Assembly (NCBI GenBank): GCA_045635045.1
Contig: JAZRBL010000115.1
Location: 1-63,007, forward strand
DNA: 63,007 bases
Direction of reading: 5' to 3'
Origin: Candidatus Enterocola sp.
GTDB taxonomy: Bacteria; Bacteroidota; Bacteroidia; Bacteroidales; Paludibacteraceae
Shown piece by piece: positions 9,577 through 19,101 of the stretch (within the stretch, counting starts at the first letter, position 1; each line of letters starts with the position of its first letter). The position numbers were made by a program, and so were the translations under genes. Below the pieces are notes generated by a model. It saw only the letters and a program-made list of their open reading frames with translations. It was not told the DNA's origin and ran no database searches.

Positions 9577-11126
9577 CCGCAAAACAATGGCAGCAATACG
9601 GCCCTATCTATTTGCGTGGCCGTTGCTATCAAGGCGAAGAACCTCTTCCTCTTGCTACGTTAGCAGTGCGTTTGGAGGCATGCACAACTCCTGCTCAGGT
9701 AGCCATGTGCATGCAGTCTGTTCGGGGCGAACTTTCGTTGGTGATTGCTAAACCCCAGCTTTTTTGCATAGCCGTTAGCCATACGCGTTTGTACCCCCTG
9801 TTTTATCGATGGCACGATGGTGTTTTTGAGGTTTCAGACACCCCTATGCAGCTGTTAAAAAAAGGAGATAAAATAAACCAATCGTCTTACACTCAATATA
9901 TTTACACCGGAGCTCCTTTTGCAGGTAATACGTTAAATGCAGCCATCAAACAATGTCGACCAGCCTGTGTTACCTCTTTTTTGAATAAAGCAGTAGACGA
10001 GGTTTCGTTTAGCCCTTTTGTTGTTGCTGCTGTAGATGCGCTTCCATGTGCCAACGCCCAAGCAACTTTTGCTGAGGTGTTGCGCCGTGTTTTTTTACGA
10101 ACCGTACGCAGCATTGGCCAAAGGCAAGTGGTAGTACCCCTTTCGGGTGGGTACGATTCGCGCTTGGTAGTGGCTATGTTGCACCAAATGGGTGTAAAAA
10201 ACATTGTGTGTTATACGGTAGGCGAAAACCACCCTGCCGAGCAAGATGTAGCCCGTAAGGTAGCAGATGCCTTGCAATTGCCTATTTATCATATCGATTA
10301 TCGTCAAGTGTCCTATAGGATGCAACAAGTTAACTCGCCCCATTTTTTGCAGTACGTAGACCATATAGGGGCAATGGGAAACTTTATGTGGCTGTTTGAA
10401 TACAATGCCATTTTGTGGCTTAAACAGCAAGGGGTATTACAAGACGATGCCATTTTTATTCCAGGTCATGTGGGCGATTTTTATGCAGGAAGCCATCTTC
10501 AAAAGCTAGGTTTGAAAGAAAACGATTCGATGGCTAGCATACGGCGTAAACTTTTGTTGCATGCTTTTGAATACCAAAAACCCTATTGGGATGCGACCTT
10601 TAAAAAAGAGTTGTATCAAGCCATCACCCCTTTGTCTGCCTATCAAAAACCTTATAGGGCAGCCTTGCAGTTTATTGCCGAAAACAGATTGGCGCATCAA
10701 ATTTTAAATTCGGCCAGGGTATACGAAAGCCTAGGGTACGATGTGCTATTGCCATTGTGCGATGTAGATTTTGTGCAATTTTTTGATAAAATTCCTTATG
10801 CTCAACGTAGCGATGTTTCTTTTTATCAAAATTATGTAGTAAAACAAGTTTTTGAGCCTTTGGGCATAGCTTTTAAAAAGCAAGTAAATGTGAATCAGTT
10901 GTTTAAGCAACGGATAAAGAACGTGTTTAAACTCTTCGTACCCAGAATGTTATATTTGCAGCATAAACAACGTAGGGATGTTACCACAGAGTGGTATCTG
11001 TTGGATGAGTTGTTTGCCCAGCTGCAACAAAAGGGTGTTTGTAAAAGCAAGCATGATTTTGCAAATGGCAATGAGTTGATGTTGTTGTGGTACCTTGGTC
11101 GTGTAGAGCAACAACTGTCCTTTTAA
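9561..11126 (+). CDS. Asparagine-synthase-like PP-loop ATP pyrophosphatase (no N-terminal Cys nucleophile)
   Basis: 521 aa. PP-loop VVPLSGGYDSRLV is present. The N-terminus is MPVQLT.., not MCG... The start overlaps the flippase stop by 16 nt. Confidence 0.7.
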   Translation: MPVQLTAKQWQQYGPIYLRGRCYQGEEPLPLATLAVRLEACTTPAQVAMCMQSVRGELSLVIAKPQLFCIAVSHTRLYPLFYRWHDGVFEVSDTPMQLLKKGDKINQSSYTQYIYTGAPFAGNTLNAAIKQCRPACVTSFLNKAVDEVSFSPFVVAAVDALPCANAQATFAEVLRRVFLRTVRSIGQRQVVVPLSGGYDSRLVVAMLHQMGVKNIVCYTVGENHPAEQDVARKVADALQLPIYHIDYRQVSYRMQQVNSPHFLQYVDHIGAMGNFMWLFEYNAILWLKQQGVLQDDAIFIPGHVGDFYAGSHLQKLGLKENDSMASIRRKLLLHAFEYQKPYWDATFKKELYQAITPLSAYQKPYRAALQFIAENRLAHQILNSARVYESLGYDVLLPLCDVDFVQFFDKIPYAQRSDVSFYQNYVVKQVFEPLGIAFKKQVNVNQLFKQRIKNVFKLFVPRMLYLQHKQRRDVTTEWYLLDELFAQLQQKGVCKSKHDFANGNELMLLWYLGRVEQQLSF

Positions 11127-11179
11127 GACTTGCTACAAAAAATTTAAATAATTTTATTTTTTCTGCACAAGGTTTGTAT

Positions 11180-11187
11180 TATCTTTG
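11180..11187 (+). promoter_or_regulatory. -7 promoter box (TATCTTTG)
   Basis: Exact TAnnTTTG match, 23 nt upstream of the ATG at 11210. Confidence 0.5.
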
Positions 11188-11209
11188 CGACGTATCTAAA
11201 AATGCTAAT

Positions 11210-12070
11210 ATGAAACTATTTGTAAAAAGTTTGGGCTTGGCCGCTGTATTGATGGCATTGCTCAGTAGCTGCGATTACGAAACAGCGGCTTATAAAAAAT
11301 TGCGTTTAGAAAAAGACTCTATTCAAGCATTGCAACAAAGTCAATTGGGCGAAATGGAAGAGTATTTAGATCTTATACAAGATGTAGATTCTGCATTCGA
11401 CGAAATTAGACTTTCGCAAAACATCCTAACGTTTGCATCGTACGACAGTGAAAATCCTTCGCAAAACATGCGTCAAAAAGTGGCCGATAACATGAATATG
11501 ATCAATAACTTGTTAGCGGACAACCAAGCAAGAATTGCCGAATTAGAAGAAAAATTACAAGAAAGCGATTTGAAATCGACCAAGTTGCAACGCATGGTGA
11601 ACAAGCTAACCGCCGATTTGAAGAAAAAAACACAAGAAATTACCGAGTTGCGTAATGAATTGGTTAGCAAAAACTACCAAATTGATAGCTTAACCGTTGT
11701 ATACCGCATGTCGCAAGAACGCGAAGCACAATTGGTGGCTAAAACCAACCAACAAGATAGCATCGTCACCAGCCAAGATGCTCAATTGCACCGTGCTTAC
11801 TTCTTTATGGGCAACCGTCGTGCTTTGCGCGATAATGGTATCAATGTAAAAGATCGCGAATCGGGCTACCGTACCGAATTGTTTACTCCAGTTGATATTC
11901 GTGCTTTTGACCGTTTAGAAATTGGCTCAAAATCGGCTAAAATTTTAACCAAACACCCAGAATCGTCGTATACCTTGGTAGAAAATACCGATAAAACCAA
12001 GGTGTTGGTGATTAAAAATGCTACCGATTTTTGGAGCGTATCACGCTACTTGATTATTCAAACCCGCTAA
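11210..12070 (+). CDS. Coiled-coil lipoprotein, unknown function
   Basis: Start moved to the ATG at 11210: MKLFVKSLGLAAVLMALLSSC is a lipoprotein signal with lipobox Cys. The centre is heptad-rich. The track start at 11087 lies upstream of the promoter box and overlaps the previous gene. Confidence 0.6.
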   Translation: MKLFVKSLGLAAVLMALLSSCDYETAAYKKLRLEKDSIQALQQSQLGEMEEYLDLIQDVDSAFDEIRLSQNILTFASYDSENPSQNMRQKVADNMNMINNLLADNQARIAELEEKLQESDLKSTKLQRMVNKLTADLKKKTQEITELRNELVSKNYQIDSLTVVYRMSQEREAQLVAKTNQQDSIVTSQDAQLHRAYFFMGNRRALRDNGINVKDRESGYRTELFTPVDIRAFDRLEIGSKSAKILTKHPESSYTLVENTDKTKVLVIKNATDFWSVSRYLIIQTR

Positions 12071-12076
12071 TATAGC

Positions 12077-12778
12077 ATGGGGTATAAGTACCTATTTTTT
12101 GATTTAGACAATACTTTGTGGGATTTTGATGCGAATTCAAAATACACGTTACAGGTATTGTTTGATAAATACCAATTAGGTGCTCATTTCCCAGATTTTG
12201 AAACCTATTACCAGCTGTATAGTGCTAATAATGCAAAATTATGGCAACTATACGGGGCTGGCAAAATAACCAAAGAAGCCTTGAATAACGAACGCTTTGC
12301 TTACCCATTGCGCTTGTTCAAGGCTTCTTTGTTGCCTTTGGCTCCGCTAATGGAAGCAGCGTATTTGCCTTTGCTAGCGCAGCAAACGCGCCTAAAACCC
12401 AACTGTTTAGAGGTGTTGGAGGTGGCCAAAAAGCGTCGCCATAAGCTCTTTATTATATCCAACGGATTTGTTGAAATTCAGCAACTTAAGTTGAGCAGAT
12501 CGGGGCTGCTACCTTATTTTGAGAAGTGTTATTTTTCGGAACATATAGGTGCGCATAAACCGGCTAAACTGTTTTTTGATTACGCCATCCAATCGTCCAA
12601 TGCTATAAAAAAGCAGAGTTTGGTGATTGGCGATAATTTTGAGGCCGATATCTTGGGGGCTAAAAATGCTGGCATCGACCAAGTGTATTATAATCCTTAT
12701 CCATCGGCAGAACCCTTGCCCTTTGCACCCACATACCAAATTACCAATTTACACGAACTAATCCCAATTATCGTCTAA
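12077..12778 (+). CDS. HAD-family hydrolase (YjjG-like nucleotidase type)
   Basis: 233 aa. HAD motifs: motif I FFDLDNTLWDF, motif III/IV GDNFEADILGAKNAGI. Confidence 0.8.
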   Translation: MGYKYLFFDLDNTLWDFDANSKYTLQVLFDKYQLGAHFPDFETYYQLYSANNAKLWQLYGAGKITKEALNNERFAYPLRLFKASLLPLAPLMEAAYLPLLAQQTRLKPNCLEVLEVAKKRRHKLFIISNGFVEIQQLKLSRSGLLPYFEKCYFSEHIGAHKPAKLFFDYAIQSSNAIKKQSLVIGDNFEADILGAKNAGIDQVYYNPYPSAEPLPFAPTYQITNLHELIPIIV

Positions 12779-12780
12779 TC

Positions 12781-12796
12781 GCATCAACGCATCAAC
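12781..12796. repeat. Octamer tandem repeat GCATCAAC x2
   Basis: The sequence gcatcaac gcatcaac fills the spacer between the HAD stop and the tatD ATG. The same octamer is repeated at 35012-35048. Confidence 0.7.
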
Positions 12797-13585
12797 ATGA
12801 TAGACACCCATACCCATATTTACGACCAAGCATTTGAACCCGATGCACAAGACATGGTACAACGCGCCATTGAGGTAGGAGTAACGCATGCTATTATGCC
12901 CAATGTGGATGCCTCAACGCTTTCTGCTATGCGCTCTTTTGCCAAGCGTTTTCCTTCTTTTTGTTCCATGATGATGGGGATTCATCCTACCAGCATTGAT
13001 GCCAATTATGCTTTGCAGATAGCCGTGTTTGACGATGAGATGAATGCGCGTTCTAACGAGTATATTGCTGTGGGCGAGGTAGGGATTGACTTGTACTGGG
13101 ATAAAACGTATTTAGCAGAACAAAAGAAAGCCTTTGAGCATCAAATTGATGTGGCAATTCAGCTGCAAAAGCCCATTTGTATACATTGTCGCGATGCTTT
13201 TAACGAGGTGGTTGACAGTCTTAAAAAGTTTTCTCCGGCCCATTTGCGTGGAGTTTTTCATTGCTTTACCGGAACGCCAGAAATGGCAGCGCAAATAGCT
13301 CGTTTGGGCGATTTTTACTACGGCATAGGCGGTCCTGCCACCTACAAAAATGCCAAATTTATCAACGATATTCCGCAAATTCCGCTCTCTCGCATTTTGC
13401 TAGAGACCGATGCTCCCTACTTGCCTCCTGTACCTTTTAGAGGGAAACGAAACGAGCCTGCTTATGTCGCTTACGTGGCGCAAAAGCTGGCGGAGGTGTA
13501 TCAAATATCACCAGAAGAAGTCGAAAAGCAAACCATTCAAAATGTTAAAACGTTGTTTTTCGGTGCAGTTAATAATCTTTTTTAA
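12797..13585 (+). CDS. TatD-family metal-dependent hydrolase/DNase
   Basis: 262 aa. Motifs: MIDTHTHIYD, GEVGIDLYW, IHCRDA, FHCFTG, LLETDAPYL. Confidence 0.9.
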   Translation: MIDTHTHIYDQAFEPDAQDMVQRAIEVGVTHAIMPNVDASTLSAMRSFAKRFPSFCSMMMGIHPTSIDANYALQIAVFDDEMNARSNEYIAVGEVGIDLYWDKTYLAEQKKAFEHQIDVAIQLQKPICIHCRDAFNEVVDSLKKFSPAHLRGVFHCFTGTPEMAAQIARLGDFYYGIGGPATYKNAKFINDIPQIPLSRILLETDAPYLPPVPFRGKRNEPAYVAYVAQKLAEVYQISPEEVEKQTIQNVKTLFFGAVNNLF

Positions 13586-13659
13586 GATTTTCTTTTGCCG
13601 ATTGGCTTACTTTTTGTATCTTGCACTCGTTTTTAGTGCCCATTGGGTGCTTGCCTCCT

Positions 13660-13747
13660 GGAGAGATGCTCGAGTGGTTGAAGAGGCACGCCTGGAAAGC
13701 GTGTATACGCCTAAAGCGTATCGCGGGTTCGAATCCCGCTTTCTCCG
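13660..13747 (+). tRNA. tRNA-Ser (anticodon GGA)
   Basis: Folded by hand. Acceptor GGAGAGA/TTTCTCC (one G-U pair). D arm CTC..GAG. Anticodon stem CACGC/GCGTG with loop CTGGAAA. Long variable arm ATACGC-CTAA-GCGTAT. T arm CGCGGG-TTCGAAT-CCCGC. Discriminator G. CCA is not encoded. Confidence 0.9.
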
Positions 13748-13802
13748 CGTATTAACTTAGCGACAATTTATTAACTAAAATATTAATTTTAAAGACAAAA
13801 AC

Positions 13803-14600
13803 ATGAAAAAGTTATTCGCAGTGCTAGCAGTTATGGCTAGTGTAAGTTTTATGAGTGTTTATGCACAAGATGCTGCTCCTGTTTCAGAAGAAGCTGCTGC
13901 AGTAGAACAAGTAGCAGAAGAAGCTGCTGCTCCTGCTGAAGAAGTGGCTGCTGTAGAAGAACAAGGTGGTATTCACCAAGCATTGAAAACCAAATTTATC
14001 GAAGGTGGTGCTGGCTTTATGAGTACCGTAGCTTTGTGTTTGATTTTAGGTTTGGCTATTGCTATTGAACGTATCATTTACTTGAGCTTGTCTACTACCA
14101 ACTCTAAAAAATTGTTGGCTAGCGTAGAAAGCGCATTGGAAACTCAAGGTGTTGAAGCTGCTAAAGAAGTTTGCCGTAACGCTCGTGGTCCTATCGCATC
14201 TATCTTCTATCAAGGTTTGTTGCACATGGACGAAGGTTTGGATGTTGCTGAAAAATCTATCATCGCTTACGGTAGCGTTCAATCTGGTTTGATGGAAAAG
14301 AACTTGAGCTGGATCGGTTTGTTCATCGGTTTGTGTCCTAACTTTGGTTTCATGGGTACTGTAATCGGTATGATCGAAGCTTTCGACCGCATCCAACAAG
14401 CTGGTGATATGTCTGCAACCATCGTTGCTGGTGGTATTAAAGTTGCGCTTATTACTACCGTGTTCGGTTTGATCGGTGCTATCATCCTTCAAATTTTCTA
14501 TAACTTTATCTTGGCTCGTATCGAAGCTGTAGTGGCTGACATGGAAGATTCTTCTATCACTATGTTGGACATCTTGACCAAATTCAACTTGAAAAAATAA
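13803..14600 (+). CDS. exbB: MotA/TolQ/ExbB proton-channel protein
   Basis: 265 aa. Signal peptide, then an acidic Ala/Glu-rich stretch (EEAAAVEQVAEEAAAPAEEVAAVEEQ), then the ExbB core GFMGTVIGMIEAF...ALITTVFGLIGAI. Confidence 0.85.
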   Translation: MKKLFAVLAVMASVSFMSVYAQDAAPVSEEAAAVEQVAEEAAAPAEEVAAVEEQGGIHQALKTKFIEGGAGFMSTVALCLILGLAIAIERIIYLSLSTTNSKKLLASVESALETQGVEAAKEVCRNARGPIASIFYQGLLHMDEGLDVAEKSIIAYGSVQSGLMEKNLSWIGLFIGLCPNFGFMGTVIGMIEAFDRIQQAGDMSATIVAGGIKVALITTVFGLIGAIILQIFYNFILARIEAVVADMEDSSITMLDILTKFNLKK

Positions 14601-14622
14601 TAATCAATAGGAGAGTTTGATT

Positions 14623-15075
14623 ATGTTAAAGAATTTATCACGCATTGTACTATATGTACTATGTGCAATCACAATAGTGATTACGTTGCTTTTCTTCTTA
14701 GGAGGTGACGTAGATCCTAATGCTGATTACGTGGAACCAATCTACACCAATGCAATGATTAACTTGATGTATGCTTGCTTCTTCTTAACAGCATTGTTCG
14801 CAGTAGTATCTGCAATATGGCAATTTGTAATTAAATTACAATCTAACAGAGGCTCTGCTATTAAAACCGTGGTTTCGATTTCATTAACCGTTTTGGTATT
14901 GGTAGTTAGCTACTTTATTTCAACAGGTGAATCAATTACCTTGTTAGGTTCTGGTGAAGTTGTTGACGAACAAACCGTTAGAATTGTAGATATGATGATC
15001 TATACCATCTACACCATGGTAGGTGCGGCTATTTTATTAATGATCTTTGGACCTTTGGCTAAAAAAATAAAATAA
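14623..15075 (+). CDS. Small 4-TM membrane protein, unknown function
   Basis: About 150 aa and hydrophobic. Sits between exbB and exbD. ATG at 14623 is preferred over the track's TTG at 14617. Confidence 0.55.
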   Translation: MLKNLSRIVLYVLCAITIVITLLFFLGGDVDPNADYVEPIYTNAMINLMYACFFLTALFAVVSAIWQFVIKLQSNRGSAIKTVVSISLTVLVLVVSYFISTGESITLLGSGEVVDEQTVRIVDMMIYTIYTMVGAAILLMIFGPLAKKIK

Positions 15076-15082
15076 TATCACT

Positions 15083-15673
15083 ATGGGAAAGCAAAAACGT
15101 GAAGTACCTGAGTTAAATTCAAGTTCTACGGCGGATATCGCATTCTTGTTGTTGGTATTCTTTTTGATGACAACCTCAATGGCTGTTAACAAAGGTTTGG
15201 CGCGTCGTTTGCCTCCTCCTGTTCCTGCAGAGCAAAAAACAGAAGACTTAAAGGTAAAAGAGCGTAACGTATTCGTGGTGCTAATCAATAGCGAAGACCA
15301 ATTATTGGTTCGTGGCGAGTACACCCAATTGGCAGAATTGAAAGACAAAGCCAAAGAATTTATTAAAAACGCAGGTGATGATCCTAATATGCCTGAAAAA
15401 GAACCCGTAGACGTTGAATATTTTGGAACTGTTTTGGTAACCAAAAATCACGTAATTTCGTTGCAAAACGACCGCGGTACTTCTTACTCGGCATACATCA
15501 ATGTTCAAAACGAATTGGTTGCTGCTTATAACGAATTGCGTAATGAATTAGCAAAAGCTAAATTTGCTAAAGCTTACGACGATTTGGATGCTGAACAACA
15601 AAAAGCTATCCAAAAAATCTATCCACAAAAAATCTCGGAAGCAGAACCTAAAAATTATGGAGGGAAAAAATAA
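15083..15673 (+). CDS. exbD: ExbD/TolR biopolymer transport protein
   Basis: 196 aa. Contains STADIAFLLLVFFLMTTSM, the N-terminal TM segment typical of ExbD. Confidence 0.85.
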   Translation: MGKQKREVPELNSSSTADIAFLLLVFFLMTTSMAVNKGLARRLPPPVPAEQKTEDLKVKERNVFVVLINSEDQLLVRGEYTQLAELKDKAKEFIKNAGDDPNMPEKEPVDVEYFGTVLVTKNHVISLQNDRGTSYSAYINVQNELVAAYNELRNELAKAKFAKAYDDLDAEQQKAIQKIYPQKISEAEPKNYGGKK

Positions 15674-16152
15674 TGGGAAGATTTAGATCGAATTCATCAT
15701 CTTCTGGTACACCAAAAATTAGTACTGCTTCGTTGCCCGACATCGTGTTCATGCTGTTGTTCTTCTTTATGATTGCAACAACCATGAAAGAAGTAGACTT
15801 TAAAGTAGGTATTACCGCTCCTGAGGCAACTGAACTTACCAAACTAGAAAAGAAAACCTTGGTTCGCTTTATCTATGTAGGTGTTCCTACCTTCCAATAT
15901 CGTGCTCAATATGGTACCGAACCTCGTATTCAGTTGGACGATGCTTTTGCCGAAGTATCGCAAATTGAAAATTACGTAGTATCGGAACGTTCGTCTATGC
16001 CAGAACACGAGCAAGATTTAATGACCATTTCATTGAAAGTAGACAAAGAATGTAAGATGGGTATTGTTACCGACATCAAACAAGCTTTGCGTCGTGCTTA
16101 TGCTTTGAAATTGAATTATGCCGCTGTACAACGTGCTAATTCACAATACTAA
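15673..16152 (+). CDS. exbD: ExbD/TolR biopolymer transport protein (second copy)
   Basis: 159 aa. Contains ASLPDIVFMLLFFFMIATTM. Its ATG overlaps the previous stop (TAATG). Confidence 0.85.
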   Translation: MGRFRSNSSSSGTPKISTASLPDIVFMLLFFFMIATTMKEVDFKVGITAPEATELTKLEKKTLVRFIYVGVPTFQYRAQYGTEPRIQLDDAFAEVSQIENYVVSERSSMPEHEQDLMTISLKVDKECKMGIVTDIKQALRRAYALKLNYAAVQRANSQY

Positions 16153-16179
16153 TAAAAAGTAATCTCACTTTTTTATAGA

Positions 16180-16206
16180 GGAGGGTGGCTGTGCTGCCCT
16201 CCTTTT
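16180..16206 (+). terminator. Intrinsic terminator after the exbD genes
   Basis: Hairpin GGAGGGTGGC-TGT-GCTGCCCTCC followed by TTTT. Confidence 0.55.
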
Positions 16207-16224
16207 ACCTTTATAATATACAAT

Positions 16225-17895
16225 ATGCGAAAAATAGCTATCTTATTCATTGCTTTCTTCTCTTTATCTGTTTTGTTTGCCAACGATGCTACCTGGTTTC
16301 CTCCATTAAAGATTCCGTTTGCATTAAGTGCTAGTTATGGCGAGTTGCGACCCGACCATTTTCATGCTGGTCTAGACTTTAAGACGGAGCAACGCTGTGG
16401 ATTGCCCATTTATGCGGTTCAAGATGGTTATGTGTCGCGCATTTCAGTTAAGCAATACGGTTATGGCAATTGCTTGTACATTGCTCATCCGGGTAGTGGA
16501 TATACTACTGTTTATGCCCATTTAGATGATTTTAGCGATAAAATCAAGCAGTGGGTAACCGATTATCAATACCAACACAAACAAGCTCAATTTAATGCTT
16601 ATTTGCCCGATAGCGTATTGGTGGTTAAACAGGGAGAATTAATTGCTATTAGTGGTAATACAGGTTCGTCAGGCGGTCCTCACTTGCACTTTGAGGTGCG
16701 CGAAACCGAATCGCAGTGTCCTATTGAACCCCAACGTTTTTACAAAGTGCCAGATACGATACGTCCTAAATTTCATATGATTGGATTGCAACCCATGGAT
16801 AGTACCGGGGTGGTGGCAAACCAATGTGTTTTTAGATCGTATCCTACTTGGCAACAAGAAGCGGGTAATTATTTGGCCTCTAAAGTAGAGGCTTGGGGTA
16901 AAATTGGTTTGTCGTTCAAAGCATACGACTATATGGACGGTCAGAACAATATTTACGGATTAAAATCTTTGCAAGTATTGGTAGACGATGTTTTGTATTT
17001 TACCTTCCGCATCGATCGCTTCTCTTTTGATATCGATAAAGCCATTAACGCATTTATTGACTACGAACAATGGCTGACCAAGCGTGAACTCTTTATGCGT
17101 TCGTATAAACCCCAATATCAACCACTTAATCTGTTTACGTGGCACAATGATGGCTGTTTGGAGATTAACGAAGAAAGAGATTATCGCATCCAAGCCATTG
17201 CCAAAGACTATGCTGGCAATACCTCTGTGCTTAATTTTGTGGTTAGAGGTAAAAAAATGCAGCGTCCTTTGATGTGTTCACCTGTAGGCGAATTGTTTAA
17301 AGTAGAGTCGTCTAATTTCTTCCAACAAGATGGTGTAACCGTGCAGATTCCTCGCAGAGCTATTTATAACGACTTTTATTTTAGGTATGCAACGGCCATC
17401 GATACTACTTTGAATACCCGTGTTTATTCGTTGCATAACCTAACGGTTCCTTTGCATACGGCAGGATGGTATAAGTTACCTATCGAATCGGATACCTTGC
17501 AAAATAAGAAACAATATTACGTGGCCTATAAGAATCAGAAGGGTTACTGGGGGCATGTAAACGCTACCTATGCCGGTGGCTTTATGGAAGGTAAGTTGCG
17601 TAAGTTAGGCGATTACGCTATTTTGGCAGACTCGGTAGCTCCAAAGGTTACGCCTTTGTCGATGGGACGTACCAAATTGGTATTGCGTCTAAGCGATGAA
17701 CAGAGTGGAATTTCGGCATTTAACACCTATATAGATGGTATGTGGGTGCCTTGTTCTATTGATGCCAAAAACAAAATAACCTATGTATACGATGCCAACA
17801 AAGTAAAGGCAGGTCAGCATACATTTCGTGTAGTTGTTTGGGATGCTTGTGGCAACACCACTACTTACGATACAAAGGTTACTTTGGGTAATTAA
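16225..17895 (+). CDS. M23-family metallopeptidase
   Basis: 556 aa with a signal peptide. Motifs: HFHAGLDF and GNTGSSGGPHLHFEV. Confidence 0.85.
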   Translation: MRKIAILFIAFFSLSVLFANDATWFPPLKIPFALSASYGELRPDHFHAGLDFKTEQRCGLPIYAVQDGYVSRISVKQYGYGNCLYIAHPGSGYTTVYAHLDDFSDKIKQWVTDYQYQHKQAQFNAYLPDSVLVVKQGELIAISGNTGSSGGPHLHFEVRETESQCPIEPQRFYKVPDTIRPKFHMIGLQPMDSTGVVANQCVFRSYPTWQQEAGNYLASKVEAWGKIGLSFKAYDYMDGQNNIYGLKSLQVLVDDVLYFTFRIDRFSFDIDKAINAFIDYEQWLTKRELFMRSYKPQYQPLNLFTWHNDGCLEINEERDYRIQAIAKDYAGNTSVLNFVVRGKKMQRPLMCSPVGELFKVESSNFFQQDGVTVQIPRRAIYNDFYFRYATAIDTTLNTRVYSLHNLTVPLHTAGWYKLPIESDTLQNKKQYYVAYKNQKGYWGHVNATYAGGFMEGKLRKLGDYAILADSVAPKVTPLSMGRTKLVLRLSDEQSGISAFNTYIDGMWVPCSIDAKNKITYVYDANKVKAGQHTFRVVVWDACGNTTTYDTKVTLGN

Positions 17896-17899
17896 AAGG

Positions 17900-18244
17900 C
17901 TATAATTCAACGCAAACTTGCTCTACTTGCCCGCCTAAGGGTGGGTTGAGTTTGCAAACTTGCACTTGGATGCTGTCAATACCGCTAAAATGCGCTTTTA
18001 CGGCTTGTTTGATGCGCCATGCCACGTGTTCGATAAGGTGCGAGGGTTGCTCCATTTCTTTCTTTACCACTTGGTATACCTCTAGGTAGCTAATGGCTTG
18101 TTCGATGGTATCGCTTTGAATGGCTTGGGTAGCATCGTAGGTAAAAGTAAGGGTGACGGTAAAGTGGGTGCCAACACGTTGTTCTTGTTCAAAACAACCA
18201 TGGTGAGCATAAAATTGCATGTTTTTAATGGTAATGGTAGCCAT
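17900..18244 (-). CDS. folB: Dihydroneopterin aldolase
   Basis: 114 aa. Contains IKNMQFYAHHGCFEQEQRVGTHFTV and ISYLEV. Confidence 0.85.
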   Translation of the reverse strand: MATITIKNMQFYAHHGCFEQEQRVGTHFTVTLTFTYDATQAIQSDTIEQAISYLEVYQVVKKEMEQPSHLIEHVAWRIKQAVKAHFSGIDSIQVQVCKLNPPLGGQVEQVCVEL

Positions 18245-18268
18245 ATTGGTTTTATTATAATGTAGCTA

Positions 18269-18276
18269 CAAAGATA
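18269..18276 (-). promoter_or_regulatory. -7 promoter box for folB (TATCTTTG on minus strand)
   Basis: Plus-strand CAAAGATA, 25 nt upstream of the folB ATG at 18244. Confidence 0.45.
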
Positions 18277-18350
18277 AGGTATTTGCAATAAAAGAACAAA
18301 ACTACCCATGCTTTCATTTTTTTATTGTATATTCGCACAAATTTTAACAG

Positions 18351-19097
18351 ATGAAATTACTAGACGGAAAAGTTGCTCTTATAACGGGTGCCTCTCGTGG
18401 AATAGGCAAGGCGATTGCGCTTACGTATGCACAACACGGAGCGTCGGTTGCCTTTACGTATTTAAACAGCACGGCCCTAGCTAACCAAGTGGAGGCAGAA
18501 ATAGCCGCCATGGGTGTGAAGGTAAAAGCCTATGCTTCTGATGCTTCTAGCTATGTAGGTGCACAAGAGTTAATACAACAAGTAGTAAGCGATTTTGGCA
18601 CCATCGATATATTGATTAACAATGCAGGTGTTACCCGCGATGGCTTGGTGATGCGTATGAGCGAGCAGCAATGGGATGATGTTATGGATAATAACCTAAA
18701 ATCGGCTTTTAATACCATTCATGCCATTACTCCGTTGATGATGAAAAAACGTGCTGGCTCCATTATCAATATGACCTCGGTAGTAGGGTTAAAAGGTAAC
18801 ATTGGCCAAGTAAATTACGCTGCTTCTAAAGCGGGTTTAATAGGGTTGACCACTTCGGTAGCCAAAGAGTTTGGAGCGCGCGGTATTCGTTGTAACGCCA
18901 TTGCTCCTGGTTTTATTATCACCGAAATGACCGATGCTACCAGCGAGGCGCAACGTAAATTTTGGATTGATATGGTTCCGATGCGTAGAGGGGGAACGGC
19001 AGAAGAAGTTGCCAATGTAGCCTTGTTCTTGGGGTCGGATTTAGCTAGCTATGTAAGTGGTCAGGTAATTAATTGTTGCGGTGGTTTAACACCTTAA
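18351..19097 (+). CDS. fabG: 3-oxoacyl-ACP reductase (SDR)
   Basis: 248 aa. Motifs: TGASRGIGKAIA, NNAG, YAASKAG, and the C-terminal GQVINCCGG. Confidence 0.85.
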   Translation: MKLLDGKVALITGASRGIGKAIALTYAQHGASVAFTYLNSTALANQVEAEIAAMGVKVKAYASDASSYVGAQELIQQVVSDFGTIDILINNAGVTRDGLVMRMSEQQWDDVMDNNLKSAFNTIHAITPLMMKKRAGSIINMTSVVGLKGNIGQVNYAASKAGLIGLTTSVAKEFGARGIRCNAIAPGFIITEMTDATSEAQRKFWIDMVPMRRGGTAEEVANVALFLGSDLASYVSGQVINCCGGLTP

Positions 19098-19101
19098 TGG
19101 C

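Noticed and set aside
11087-11209. N-terminal extensions proposed by the ORF track. The cases are 11087, 22274, 25226, 34494 (minus strand), 50778 (minus strand), and the TTG starts at 14617 and 50957.
   Set aside because: - Downstream ATGs give canonical N-termini: lipoprotein or secretory signal peptides, the MraZ and LptF/G consensus starts, or the helicase start.
- In several cases a TAnnTTTG box lies inside the proposed extension.
- The extensions overlap upstream genes or read as nonsense.
13660-13747. tRNA-Ser as a possible integration site for a genomic island.
   Set aside because: - Both flanks are housekeeping genes (tatD upstream, exbB/exbD downstream).
- No integrase is present, and I noticed no duplicated copy of the tRNA 3' end in the window.
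13410-13760. A 116-aa + ORF spanning the tatD 3' end and the tRNA-Ser gene.
   Set aside because: - It overlaps a well-folded tRNA and the end of TatD in another frame.
- Its translation is nonsense-like.
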